A stretch of DNA of 64,000 nucleotides, from positions 608,001-672,000 of the forward strand of contig BK006946.2 in the NCBI GenBank assembly GCA_000146045.2. Reading direction: 5' to 3'. Source of the DNA: TPA_inf: Saccharomyces (taxonomy: Eukaryota). The notes under the pieces are model-generated. The model did not search any database, was not told where the DNA came from, and was given only the letters and a program-made list of their open reading frames with translations. The first letter of the stretch is position 1. Each line of letters opens with the position of its first letter. A program made the position numbers and the translations under genes. Shown here piece after piece: positions 21,025-35,900 of the stretch.

Positions 21025-23970
21025 ATGAATGAGGATAAAGAGCAAAAGATCAACATACACGATATATTGAATACAAGACCGAAGCTCACCAAAAAGACAG
21101 CCCTAGATGTTTTCTTCGAAGATCTGGATGACAATGTAATTACTCCCATAAACGAATATGTTCTTGATTCAGGCTCATCATCATCCTCTTCCATTTATCA
21201 GGCGTTGAAGTGCTCAAATAACAATGAGTTTGTTGCAGTACTTTTACAGAAATTCCAGAATTTGCACATTCACGTACTAGAACAGCAACGGAGGCTCATC
21301 GAAAGTAAAAGTGACTTATTGCCTATCTCATTGCATGATATGAAATACGTAGACGAACTGATAAATCTTTTGATTATTCATGGTATAGATGCTAATTTGT
21401 CTCCTACGATGAAAATTCCATTCGATTCGAAAAGAATAAATACTTTCAAGAAGGGCCAAAAAAGCGCAGAATATGAAACGCCTCGATGGCACACCATAAA
21501 TAACGATACTTTATCTCAAGTCATAACTGTCTTTTATAATGTTCTAACTAGTGAGAGGTCTTCTGACTACCTGAGAGAAATAATATCAAAAGGCAGTGCT
21601 TACGCAAACATTTTATTAGGTTTGATTGTGTTACATTTGCAGTTGCCTAATAGGTACTCTTCACAAATGATTACAAATCTAGAAGATACTCAAGAAACTT
21701 ATACTTTGTTTGGGGTTTACACTCTACTAGTAGAAACAATTCAAGACGAAAAGGTTAGGGAGCCAATCCTTTCGAAGTTAACAACGTTAACTCTACGAAG
21801 ACCGGAAAATGGTCTGATCAGCTTGATTGATTTCGTTTTGGGTGTGAGAGATGCTGAAGATATAGATATTGAAAAGTTTAACCGTATCTACCAAATTTTG
21901 ATGAGTAAGCCAAAAACAATGACAAATTTGCAATACTTGACGGAACTATTCAAGCAAATTTATGATGGTCTCACCTTTGTGAACAGGCCTATCCTGGTCA
22001 CTTGTTTGAACGGACTAATCCTTAAATTTTACCTGAGGAATAAGAGGATTGTTAACGATTTTTTGTTTAAGAAGGTCCGCTCCATTATCTTTAATTCCCC
22101 GTTAACTGATCATACAGCAAAGGAACTGAACGATGTTATAAACGTTCTTATATCTTTATCCAAAAATTCTTCATCGGATTTGCTGAATGATTTAGTTACT
22201 AGTTGCCCTGATGAAGACGGTACTACGCCTGGACAGTTCTTTTTATATGTATGGATATATGCTCTTTTTTTGAAGAAAAACCAAAAACTAGACCCATTAG
22301 AAATAAACAAATTGTCTATTTCAGATAATAAAAGCACAGACAGCATACATTTTCCAGAGCAATCTTCCTCAAAGTATTACGAGGTTGTATTATCATTATT
22401 AAAATCTCTAATAGTCATAACAGAAAATTTTCAATATCTAAATGTACTGAGCCTTAACTTACTGAATTTTGAGCACGAGAAATGGAAGTATTTAATTGAT
22501 CTTGATACTCAGCTACCCTACATATCGGTTAAAAACACAGATATGGCAGAGTTGTTTTTCGAAAAAGGATCCAAAAACTCTCAAATTTCTGAGTTTCTTC
22601 AAGATATGGACCTTTCGATAGAATTATTTATGGAATTTTTAGTGCTGCTAAATGATGAGGAACAATCAAAGACTTTATTTTTAGATATTCTGAAAAGATG
22701 GGTCCATCATACAAAAAAAAGTGAAAAAAGATCTTCCGATAATCATAGCGGGATGCCAAGCGTTACAGATAACGCGTTAATACTCATGGACTTGAAACTT
22801 TTGGAATGTATGAACAACCGATTTAAAACCAAGATTGTTAATAAACCTAAGGACGTTCTTATTGTTATTGATCAATTGATAGATGTTGTTCAGGAAAAAG
22901 ATGAAACAATACAGGAAGTAGAAGCAGATTCTGACGACGAAGTTGAAGAAGGAGAAGAAACAGAAGAATTGGATCCAAATGAAAATTCTTCCTACAAAAT
23001 TATCTTGCAGTTATTATCAACCGTCCTTTCAGAATCGTCCAGTAGTATATTATTGCAAAACAGTTATATATTGAAATCCATTTCTAGAAAATTACAATCT
23101 TTCAACACTAATGCTTCCGAAATAGATGCATTATTGGCATCAATAGATAATATATTGATTAACGGACATACTACGGAAAGGAACGACAACATAGAAATTG
23201 AGATGGATGAGGAAAGGCTTGACAAAGCGATAACTAGTCTACATGATCCTTTAGTGCCCATAAAATCTTATGGTTTAACAGAACTACGTCATCTAGCTGA
23301 AAAGAAGTCTCCAGTAATTTCACTGGAAAAGGTGTTGCAAATACATTTAGATTATTTAAAGAATATGGACCCTTTCATTTATCTCAACGTTATTAAAGGA
23401 CTTACAACGCTATGTGAATTAGAGCCAGAAACCATATTGCCTCTACTTGCAGAATTTTATGCTAACAAAAAAAAGAAAAACAGATTAGATGATGTGCTGA
23501 AAGTTGGAGAAGTGTTCATCAATTACATTCAACGTCAGAACGAATTGTTCCAGGGTAAATTGGCTTATCTGATTATAGATACCTGTCTTAGTATTGTGAG
23601 GCCAAATGATAGTAAACCATTGGACAATAGATGGCGTATGTCATCCATGTCAATCTTAGGTATGTGCCTTCAAATCAACGCCAGGGGTGTCTCGGATAGA
23701 ATTCGCGATATGCTGGATTGTGTATTTGGAATATTGCAATTAGAACAACCACAAAATCATTTGAAGGACAAGGATGATTCTTTTTTGATGAGAAGAAGTG
23801 CCGTACACTTGATACATGATTTGTTGTACAGTACAGGATTTGATTTACTTCCCTTTGAGTACAACTACGATAAGCTAAAAACACTATTATCTTACGTTCG
23901 TGATCAAGATGAAGATTACATGGTTTGTGAACAGATTGACAAGCTTTTAACCGTACTAGATAGTTTATAA
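21025..23970 (+). CDS. RTP1: RTP1 (YMR185W), RNA polymerase II nuclear import factor (HEAT-like), 981 aa.
   Basis: 981-aa ORF. Synteny and length match. Confidence 0.88.
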   Translation: MNEDKEQKINIHDILNTRPKLTKKTALDVFFEDLDDNVITPINEYVLDSGSSSSSSIYQALKCSNNNEFVAVLLQKFQNLHIHVLEQQRRLIESKSDLLPISLHDMKYVDELINLLIIHGIDANLSPTMKIPFDSKRINTFKKGQKSAEYETPRWHTINNDTLSQVITVFYNVLTSERSSDYLREIISKGSAYANILLGLIVLHLQLPNRYSSQMITNLEDTQETYTLFGVYTLLVETIQDEKVREPILSKLTTLTLRRPENGLISLIDFVLGVRDAEDIDIEKFNRIYQILMSKPKTMTNLQYLTELFKQIYDGLTFVNRPILVTCLNGLILKFYLRNKRIVNDFLFKKVRSIIFNSPLTDHTAKELNDVINVLISLSKNSSSDLLNDLVTSCPDEDGTTPGQFFLYVWIYALFLKKNQKLDPLEINKLSISDNKSTDSIHFPEQSSSKYYEVVLSLLKSLIVITENFQYLNVLSLNLLNFEHEKWKYLIDLDTQLPYISVKNTDMAELFFEKGSKNSQISEFLQDMDLSIELFMEFLVLLNDEEQSKTLFLDILKRWVHHTKKSEKRSSDNHSGMPSVTDNALILMDLKLLECMNNRFKTKIVNKPKDVLIVIDQLIDVVQEKDETIQEVEADSDDEVEEGEETEELDPNENSSYKIILQLLSTVLSESSSSILLQNSYILKSISRKLQSFNTNASEIDALLASIDNILINGHTTERNDNIEIEMDEERLDKAITSLHDPLVPIKSYGLTELRHLAEKKSPVISLEKVLQIHLDYLKNMDPFIYLNVIKGLTTLCELEPETILPLLAEFYANKKKKNRLDDVLKVGEVFINYIQRQNELFQGKLAYLIIDTCLSIVRPNDSKPLDNRWRMSSMSILGMCLQINARGVSDRIRDMLDCVFGILQLEQPQNHLKDKDDSFLMRRSAVHLIHDLLYSTGFDLLPFEYNYDKLKTLLSYVRDQDEDYMVCEQIDKLLTVLDSL

Positions 23971-24137
23971 CCCATTACGCATTTGATTATAATTTGCTTC
24001 TTAGGCAAAATTAATATTTACGTTCTTTTATATTCTTTCTTTTTGTATTCATAGAACAGCAGCCATTACCAATAGAAAGTTAAAATAGCCGCCGATGCAT
24101 TTTATTACCCGCCTTTCTGTTTTCTGGGCACTTTTCT

Positions 24138-24222
24138 TTCTAGAAGGTGAAAGAACAATTTTTCTCGTTTTCTCGAACTTCCACCAAGCGTTGGGTAATG
24201 AGGGAGGAGATTTGTATAAAAA
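24138..24222 (+). promoter_or_regulatory. HSC82 promoter. HSE-like inverted TTC/GAA units (TTCTAGAA at 24138-24145, TTCTCGAACTTCC at 24170-24182) and a TATA box (TATAAAAA) at 24215-24222.
   Basis: Motifs read directly, about 130-215 bp upstream of the HSC82 ATG. Hsf1 binds nTTCnnGAAn arrays. Confidence 0.55.
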
Positions 24223-24351
24223 GAGTGGCATGTGAACTGCCTACCGTAAGTGACATGAACACATGCATTATATTTTTTGTGATATATTCTTTCTCTTGTT
24301 TTCTTTTTCTTGAAACGCTACAGAACCAATAGAAAAATAGAATCATTCTGA

Positions 24352-26472
<2,121 letters not shown>

Positions 26473-26688
26473 TCTCTTTTTTCGCCTTCATGTTTTATAT
26501 ATTATATAAATTTGTTTACTTATTTTTACTATTTGTAATAATGATTCTGCTTTACGCGCCTTTAAAAAAGTTGGTCTTAATGTAAACATGAACCATAGCA
26601 CACAATTTAAGACATCAGCTGTCAAATGACCATAAAATTGTCCTACCAGCTGTCCTTAAAGTTTAGTGTACACTTACGAATGACTTAT

Positions 26689-27984
26689 TTACTCACCTTT
26701 GCAACTTTGTTCAATAAATTCATTGATCTTTTCAAGTTCCTGACATCTTTTGTAACTGGCATAGAGCTTCAGACTTGACCAGCCTATAGCAGCAGTACCA
26801 CAACCTATAATATTGAAAATCATTCTAAATTCCGAAGGGGAGCAATTCGGCGTCCATTCAATTTTAAACTTTCTCTGTATCCATAGAAAAGCATTCAATA
26901 GAAGACCTCCTGTACATTTACCAACAAAGGGCCATAGTATCTTTTCTGCAAGAATAGCATACCAATTCCGCCTGATAAAAAATTCCTCAGCTGGAACGCT
27001 ATTACTAGAGTTTTCAAAATTTCCGTGATACAAATACTTACCTCCTTTATTGATCAGCCTCCTGTAAATTAAGTCAACCAATCTTTTAAAGGTAAAATTA
27101 TAGCAAAATGTAGCCAAGTTAGAATACAAAATTATTTTAGGTAAACCTATACCCTTGTAATATTTGTTTCCAGCAGTTTTTACAATACTGAGATACACCC
27201 ACTTAAAGAGTATTGCATTAGCACTGACGTTAGAAATGTTGCTAAGATAATGTATGAACCCATATATTATGATCGAGGAGGTTAAAGGAATGCTTAATAA
27301 GCCACGTTCAGTTTGCGCATATACGTCCAATGCCTTTGTAGTGCTGATGTTTAACATATTTCGTAGAACATTCTCAGGGAAAAGGCAGCGTAGTTGCCAT
27401 AATCCAATGTCAAAACTTGTCTTTTCAGGGTTTAAAAGAAATAAACTAGTTATCCCTAATGGTATCACGTATCGTGTAATTTTTTGCCACTGATAAAACA
27501 GGGATAGTACAGAAGACTGGATGGTTACTGTAGGTCTTTTTATGAAATTTGTTTTCTTGCATTGAGGACATTCGCCAAATTTCACTAACACATAAGGTGG
27601 ATGATTATCCCGTTTGGTATAAAGAGACATTAGATTGAACACGTAGTCATTTTGAAACGGTACTGATTTTTGCCCCCAAATGGGACGAGTTTCCCATATT
27701 TCTGTAAGAGAGAAAGTCGTCATAAAATCATGGTGCCCATCAACGAGACATTTTAAACAGGTGATTATAGGTAAATCAGCATCCTTTGGTAGGTCCACTG
27801 TGTTCGGAAGAAAAAGTTCAACATGCATTTGATAGAGCCATCTTATATAGCAGCGTTTATGAATTTGTAAGTTGCAACCGCACGTGTGCTGTAGCCATGT
27901 AGAGTCATATGTGGATTCTTCCAAACATATCCAGCATATGCATCTTTTTTTTATGAGAGATAAAAAAAAATGAGGTGGGGTCAT
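26689..27984 (-). CDS. YMR187C, protein of unknown function, 431 aa, with predicted TM segments.
   Basis: 431-aa ORF with a Cys-rich N-terminus and hydrophobic segments. Position and length match. Confidence 0.78.
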   Translation of the reverse strand: MTPPHFFLSLIKKRCICWICLEESTYDSTWLQHTCGCNLQIHKRCYIRWLYQMHVELFLPNTVDLPKDADLPIITCLKCLVDGHHDFMTTFSLTEIWETRPIWGQKSVPFQNDYVFNLMSLYTKRDNHPPYVLVKFGECPQCKKTNFIKRPTVTIQSSVLSLFYQWQKITRYVIPLGITSLFLLNPEKTSFDIGLWQLRCLFPENVLRNMLNISTTKALDVYAQTERGLLSIPLTSSIIIYGFIHYLSNISNVSANAILFKWVYLSIVKTAGNKYYKGIGLPKIILYSNLATFCYNFTFKRLVDLIYRRLINKGGKYLYHGNFENSSNSVPAEEFFIRRNWYAILAEKILWPFVGKCTGGLLLNAFLWIQRKFKIEWTPNCSPSEFRMIFNIIGCGTAAIGWSSLKLYASYKRCQELEKINEFIEQSCKGE

Positions 27985-28290
27985 ATAAAACTTGGACTAT
28001 TTCCTTGGAATTTTCTTGTTTGTAAAATCAGAGCAGAGCTCTTTTATTTACTTTTGTTTTTGACGATGGGGACGAGCGATGTACTCACATCTTCGATATC
28101 ACTTGCCTGAAAATATATAAATGCGTTAAACGATAGAAAATCAAAAACATCGTTCTTTTCACTAGAATATTTTAAAGTCAAAACATAACACTTTACTATT
28201 TACGTAACGAAGTCTTGTAGTTGTATATATTTACAGAGTGTAGTGCTTTAGTTGAGAAAATATGACACTCGGCTTTCCTCTTTCTTTTAT

Positions 28291-29004
28291 TTACTGGCTT
28301 GGTTGTTGCATATCCATCATGACGTGCTTTCTTAACAAATTTTTTTTGATGTTTTTTTTCAAGGTCAAAGGATCCTCAACACCATGATCCTTCAAAAATT
28401 GATCACATTTTAGATCATTCGACAACAATTCGGATAATCGCGTTTGAATACGATCAATGAGACTTCTTTGTTTCTCCAAATTAACCTCCAATCCAGAGAT
28501 GTCTAACTGTAAAAGTTGCCTCACTGTTTCTTGTGAAAAATCTTGAATGCCGTACCTTTGTTTAATCTCCAATAACTCTTTCGGCGTTGACCCGCTAGAT
28601 AAAGCATCTTGGATGGTCCTAATATCACGTAAAAGGGTTGTTTTTTCATTTAGTTTATTCTCCCTCACTGATCTTTTATCCAAAAATTCTTTTGCCTTTT
28701 GGGCTTCTTCTTTTGCAACGCTTAACTGAGCTTCTGATTCGTATAATGCAAATTGTTGACCCTTGTTTCTAATAATTTCTGCAATGGCAAAAAACTTCCT
28801 CTTTGAAAGCGGCCTCGTCGCTTCTATCCTTACTAAATCACCCTCCCTTGATATTTCACCTTCATCATGCACTAAATAATCTCTTCTATGAAATAACTCC
28901 TTGTTGATTTTCTTATTAAAGACTTTTGTTTCTACACGTACTTTAACCGTCTTTTGCATCTTCCCTTGGGAGACGACCAAGCCTAAAAAATTTTGGCGAG
29001 CCAT
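28291..29004 (-). CDS. MRPS17: MRPS17 (YMR188C), mitochondrial ribosomal protein uS17m, 237 aa.
   Basis: uS17-like N-terminus ([19 protein letters not shown]…). Length matches. Confidence 0.88.
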
Positions 29005-29242
29005 TACAGTTTAACTGATCTTGATTTGACTTTTGAAATCTCTAACCCGAATTCAACTCCCTGAGTTTACTTCTGTTTGGCCTTATTTGTGGATTTCCTC
29101 TAACAGTTTGATGCTCGCATTGGTTTGGCACAATCCCAAATTGCTTCAGAATTCTAATCTTATGAAATAACAATCATGTTACCCGGTTGAATCGTTACCC
29201 GACATCTCTGACTCTTCTTGAGGTATAGACTCCTCCTTTTCG

Positions 29243-29266
29243 GAGTCATGACTCTCAGAGGAGTCA
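29243..29266 (+). promoter_or_regulatory. Cluster of Gcn4/Bas1-type TGACTC sites (palindromic GAGTCATGACTC at 29243-29254, plus GAGTCA at 29261-29266) in the MRPS17/GCV2 divergent promoter.
   Basis: Read directly. GCV2 is known to be regulated by Bas1 and Gcn4 through TGACTC elements. Confidence 0.55.
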
Positions 29267-29499
29267 TCGAAGTCAGCATTGAGCTGTGAAGGACCTTGAT
29301 AAGCTAGTCGAAAGATCTCCAACGAATATAAATGGATGTATATATAGCAGGCTCGAGTGGCACAATTTTCTTCTCTTCAAGTTCCAGTGAATTAGTCTTT
29401 CTCGTGTGTACCAATCTTACTGTATTGATTGCTGCGCGATCTAACCATCAACTAACCACAGTTTATTGGAAAAACGTTTCCTAATACCAGGAAGATAAC

Positions 29500-32400
29500 A
29501 TGCTTAGGACAAGAGTGACTGCTCTCCTTTGTAGGGCTACTGTCAGGTCAAGCACCAATTATGTTTCATTAGCGAGGACTAGATCATTCCATTCTCAATC
29601 TATTTTGCTCAAAACAGCCGCTACAGACATAACGTCTACACAGTACAGCAGGATTTTCAATCCTGACTTGAAAAACATTGATAGACCGCTAGATACTTTT
29701 GCTAGACGTCATTTAGGTCCTTCTCCTAGCGACGTTAAGAAAATGTTAAAAACAATGGGTTATAGCGATTTAAACGCATTTATAGAAGAGCTCGTTCCTC
29801 CCAATATTTTGAAGAGAAGACCCTTGAAACTAGAAGCTCCTAGTAAGGGATTCTGTGAACAAGAAATGCTTCAACATCTAGAAAAGATTGCCAATAAGAA
29901 CCACTATAAAGTTAAAAATTTCATAGGTAAGGGTTACTACGGTACGATTTTACCACCGGTTATACAAAGAAACCTGCTAGAAAGTCCAGAATGGTATACT
30001 TCTTATACGCCCTATCAACCCGAAATTTCTCAAGGTAGGCTAGAAGCGCTATTAAACTTTCAAACGGTTGTTTCAGATTTGACTGGTTTGCCTGTGGCGA
30101 ACGCCTCATTGTTGGATGAGGGTACAGCGGCTGGAGAAGCTATGCTCTTGTCATTCAATATTTCCAGAAAAAAGAAACTAAAATACGTAATAGATAAAAA
30201 ATTACACCAGCAAACAAAGAGTGTCCTTCACACCAGAGCCAAGCCGTTCAATATTGAAATTATTGAAGTTGACTGTTCGGATATCAAGAAAGCTGTGGAT
30301 GTTTTAAAGAACCCCGACGTATCTGGTTGTTTGGTTCAATATCCAGCGACAGATGGTTCAATCTTACCGCCTGACTCGATGAAACAGTTATCTGATGCGT
30401 TACACTCTCACAAGTCTTTGCTCTCTGTGGCCTCAGATTTAATGGCTTTGACACTTCTAAAACCACCTGCTCATTACGGTGCTGATATCGTCCTGGGTTC
30501 CTCTCAACGATTTGGTGTCCCAATGGGTTATGGTGGTCCTCATGCTGCTTTTTTCGCTGTTATTGATAAATTAAACAGAAAAATTCCAGGTAGAATTGTC
30601 GGTATCTCTAAAGACCGCTTAGGCAAGACGGCCTTGCGGTTGGCCCTCCAAACAAGAGAACAACATATCAAGCGTGATAAGGCAACTTCAAATATATGTA
30701 CCGCTCAAGCTTTACTGGCTAATGTTGCTTCGAGCTACTGTGTTTATCACGGTCCTAAGGGCCTACAGAATATTTCCAGGAGGATATTTAGCTTAACATC
30801 AATATTGGCAAATGCCATCGAAAATGACAGTTGCCCTCACGAACTAATTAATAAAACATGGTTTGATACTTTGACTATAAAGTTAGGTAATGGCATATCC
30901 TCCGAGCAGTTATTGGACAAGGCCTTGAAAGAATTTAATATCAATTTGTTTGCCGTGGACACCACCACTATTTCCTTGGCTCTTGATGAAACAACTACAA
31001 AAGCTGATGTTGAAAATCTACTAAAAGTGTTTGACATTGAAAATTCTTCGCAGTTTCTTTCTGAGGACTATTCTAACAGTTTCCCAAGGGAATTTCAGCG
31101 TACTGATGAAATATTGAGGAACGAAGTCTTTCACATGCACCATAGCGAAACAGCAATGTTGAGATATTTACATAGGTTGCAATCTCGTGATTTATCTCTT
31201 GCTAATTCTATGATTCCTTTAGGTTCCTGTACTATGAAATTGAACAGTACTGTTGAAATGATGCCAATCACTTGGCCCCAATTTTCGAATATCCATCCGT
31301 TCCAGCCATCAAACCAAGTCCAAGGATACAAGGAACTAATTACTTCGTTGGAGAAAGATTTATGCAGCATTACAGGTTTCGATGGTATTTCTTTACAACC
31401 AAATTCAGGTGCTCAAGGTGAATATACTGGTCTGAGAGTAATCAGATCCTACCTGGAAAGCAAAGGTGAAAATCATCGTAACGTGTGTTTAATCCCTGTA
31501 TCCGCTCATGGTACAAATCCGGCTTCTGCCGCTATGGCGGGTTTAAAAGTTGTTCCTGTCAACTGTTTGCAGGATGGCTCATTAGATCTGGTTGACTTAA
31601 AGAATAAGGCTGAACAACATTCTAAAGAACTAGCCGCCGTAATGATCACCTATCCTTCCACTTACGGTTTATTTGAACCAGGCATCCAACATGCTATTGA
31701 TATCGTACATTCTTTTGGTGGACAAGTCTATTTGGATGGTGCTAATATGAATGCGCAGGTTGGGCTAACTTCACCCGGAGATCTTGGTGCAGATGTTTGC
31801 CACTTGAATTTACATAAGACATTTTCCATTCCTCATGGTGGTGGTGGTCCAGCTGGAGCTCCCATTTGCGTCAAATCTCATTTAATACCCCATTTACCTA
31901 AACATGACGTTGTTGATATGATCACTGGAATCGGCGGTAGCAAATCCATCGATTCGGTCTCCTCTGCTCCATATGGTAATGCTTTAGTGTTACCAATTTC
32001 TTATGCCTATATCAAAATGATGGGTAATGAGGGATTACCATTTTCTAGTGTGATAGCAATGCTAAATTCAAATTATATGATGACAAGATTAAAAGATCAT
32101 TATAAAATTCTTTTCGTCAATGAAATGAGCACACTAAAACACTGCGCTCATGAATTTATAGTTGATCTAAGAGAATACAAAGCTAAAGGTGTTGAAGCTA
32201 TCGATGTTGCCAAGAGATTGCAAGACTACGGATTCCATGCCCCAACGTTGGCCTTCCCTGTTCCCGGAACTTTGATGATAGAACCAACAGAATCGGAAAA
32301 CTTGGAAGAATTGGATAGATTCTGTGATGCCATGATATCCATCAAAGAAGAAATAAATGCCTTAGTAGCAGGTCAACCAAAAGGACAGATTTTGAAAAAT

Positions 32401-32604
32401 GCCCCTCATTCATTGGAAGATCTTATTACTTCCTCCAATTGGGATACGAGAGGTTATACCCGTGAAGAAGCCGCTTACCCATTACCCTTTTTGAGATACA
32501 ATAAATTCTGGCCTACTGTCGCTAGACTGGATGACACTTATGGTGACATGAATTTAATATGTACATGCCCTTCTGTAGAAGAAATTGCGAACGAAACTGA
32601 ATGA
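29500..32604 (+). CDS. GCV2: GCV2 (YMR189W), glycine decarboxylase P-protein (PLP-dependent), mitochondrial, 1034 aa.
   Basis: P-protein homology throughout. N-terminal mitochondrial presequence [18 protein letters not shown]. Confidence 0.95.
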
Positions 32605-32914
32605 GTACATACCCATTATGTTGTATATGTATATTAGTTGACGCATTTATGCACATATGTAGATAATATAAAATATTCAGGTCAAAGAAAAGTTAAAAGT
32701 TTACGAGAGAAAATTCGAAGTTGATAACTGAGCAATGTGCACACCACAATATGTCGTGGTTGATTTAAAATTTTATGATTCGCCTTTTTATTTATATGCT
32801 ATGTTATTGTGTATGCAATTAGTATAAGAGGTAAAGAAGCTAAAAAAGTGCCCAAAAAGAATGCTTGGCGAATGGTGTCGTAGTTATAAGTAACACTATT
32901 TATTTTTCTACTCT

Positions 32915-35900
32915 TCACTTTCTTCCTCTGTAGTGACCTCGGTAATTTCTAAAACCTCGTCTCCCATTAGCAGACTTCTTGGACGACTTACTGATGGACC
33001 TTGTACCTGATTTGCTGCTTGTGGTATTTTTGGGTAATTGGCTTTGTCTGATTTGATTGATAATTTGTTCATTTTCTTTGGCTTCGTTTAAATTGGCGCC
33101 AAAAAACTTAGATTTTGTTCCAGTACTTTGGGCAATCCCATTGCTGGAAGCCGCGGCCCTGTTCACAAATTCATCATTTAGTATTGTGTCGTATTTTTCA
33201 TGATCCTCGCTTGATCTCTTTTTGCTAAGATCTGCTATCGTGGCTTTAAAGTACTTGAACCTTCGGCGATATTTGTCCTCCACTGTGCCTAAAGTTGCAA
33301 AAGCCGAATCATTCATTGGTAATATTGCTGCCATCTTTTTTAAAATACTGTCAGGCATAAAGTTCCCAACTGGAGGAACCATTCTATTTCCTAAATTTAA
33401 AGATAATTCCCTCAGACGTTCGTATGTCATTCGCAGATTATTAAGTTCTTGTGTCGAGCGTAAATCGCTTGTGTTTTTCAAAGTGATCGGATGTGAGCTA
33501 CCCATGGTCGAACCGCCGTATGTATACGATCTTAGGTGTTCCTTCGCACTTATAAAGCGCGGTGGATTAGCAGCCACATTTCCTCCAATGGTTGTTGATT
33601 TCTGCGCGATAACTGGTATATTATCTTCATTTGCTTGAAAGCTAGAAGATGTCGAGGGACGGGAGTTTGGTGCTGATATTGTAAATTGCATCTTTATCTC
33701 CATTTTTCCAGTCAGCAATTTCTTAGCATTGGGACCAACTTTCACATAGCTTGAAGCAAAACCGCTATTGTTCATTATTGAATACTCTTGTAAAACTCGG
33801 ATCGTAATCAAATGGAAGAAAATCCTTTCGATTTCTGATTTTTGCATGGATTTACCAATACCATGCTCCTCTAAGGTGTCATGGTTAGCCTGAACAATTT
33901 TGGAGCTTCTCGAACCTTTAAAGACATCTTGGCAATAAATTATTGTGACTCTTTCATTTTGGATACTTTCCACTAATTTTACAATCTTCTTGGCAGGTTC
34001 TGTAACATCCCTTTCCTCGTTTATCACGTTGGCGCTATTTCTACAATTATCACAGTTTTTATGACACAGTTTGGAGTCAAAATCCTCATTGAAATAAGAT
34101 AAAACTAACTTTCTTCTGCAGTCAGTAACGTTGTCACAGTATGCCATTACTTGCTGTAATTTATTCAGATGTTTTTCCTTATTCTCTCTGTCTAAGTTCT
34201 TATCCTTCTGGATCATTGTCTGCATGGTTCTAATGTCCCTGAATGAAAAGTAGGTAATACAATATGAATAGTTCCCATCTCTTCCAGCACGGCCGGTTTC
34301 TTGATAATAGCCTTCTAATGTTCGGGGAACGGTAAAGTGGTAAACAAATCTCACATCAGGTTTATCAATACCCATTCCGAAAGCAACAGTAGCACAAATG
34401 ACTTGTATCTCATCCGCCTGCCATGCCTTCTGTACACTTAATCTTTCATCAGGCTCCATGCCTGCATGGTAATATGCACACTTGATGCCATTTCTTTGCA
34501 TTTGGGCTGATGTTTGCTCGCATGATTTCTTGGAGTGGCAATATATTATACCCGTTTGATTTTTGAACCTAGATTTAACCGCATCACAGATTTCAAAAAT
34601 GGTATTTTTGGTCTTCTTGTTTACTTCGTAATACAAATTTGTTCTATTAAAACTTTGTTTTAGGAAAACAGGTTCCTTTAGTTCTAAATTGTGAATGATG
34701 TCCATTCTGACTTGTTCACTTGCAGTTGCAGTTAAAGCAATCATTGGAATATCAGGGTATTCTCTTTTGAAAAATTTTAATTCTTTATAATCAGGCCTGA
34801 AATCGTGGCCCCAGTTAGAAACACAATGTGCTTCATCTACAACAATACGAGCCAACTTACCGTCTGCGTATAATCTACTGATAGCTCTCTTGCATTGTTC
34901 TGAGGCACTGATCATCTCAGGAGATATGTAAACTAAATCCAATAATCCATTAATAAATAAATTGAAAGTTTGTCGTCTTTGCTCGGCAGTACCCCTCGAA
35001 CTGAACATGCTCGCCTTAATATTTTTATTCAATAAATGTTCCACTTGATCTTGCATCAGGGAAATTAGCGGAGAGATGACAATAGTAGTACCATGTGTTT
35101 TACCCGATTTCACCACTGCAGGAAGTTGATAGCAAAGAGATTTACCACCCCCTGTTGGCATAAGAACAAAAACATCCTTACCTTGCAAAGTTGCATTTAC
35201 AGCCTCTAGTTGGTTAGGTCTAAAACCAGGCAGTTTAAAGACTTCATGTAAACGATATAAAACTTCATCAGACCAAGGATAGGTTGGACCATTCGTCTTA
35301 GAAGATAAATTGGATTTACTCACTATATCACTTAATGAAAAATCGTCATCAAAATCGTCTTCCTCATCCTTTTGACTAACACTGGATTTCTCCCTTTTTA
35401 TTTTGGGAGACCAAGATGGTGGTGGGTGTTCATTGTCACCTGTAAGCTTCCTTTCTGTTATTATTTTCAGGTCATTGTCTAGTTCCTGGATATCTGCTAC
35501 TTGGGTTCTATTCTCTCTTTCTTCGTCAAATCTTTCTAAATCGCTATCTGATAGGTACTCGATACCGTTATTGTTATTATCTTCTTCAAAATCCTCATTT
35601 TCTTTTTCGCTGTCTATCAACTCTAGATCAGAATGAGACATGGGCATGTGTTGACGGCCAAAGGAGAAACTCATGCTATCATCCAAAATTGCGTCCTTTT
35701 CCAGATCATCTTCCAACAAGTCAATATGCTCCACGCCTATTTGATTTTGGCCATTTGAGGGAACGCTCTGTGCTGTGGGAGATGATAAAATAACTTGAAC
35801 ATTTTTATTTTGCGACAAGGTAATTGTGGACCTAGTGTCACCTTCTTGAGAACTTTCCTGAATATTTGCACTAACATCCATATTATCATGATAATCTGTG

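Noticed and set aside
33222-33638. 138-aa plus-strand ORF (and others at 35403-35636, 36848-37283) antisense within SGS1
   Set aside because: Embedded in a strongly supported 1447-aa helicase gene. No domains. Typical chance antisense frames in a long ORF.
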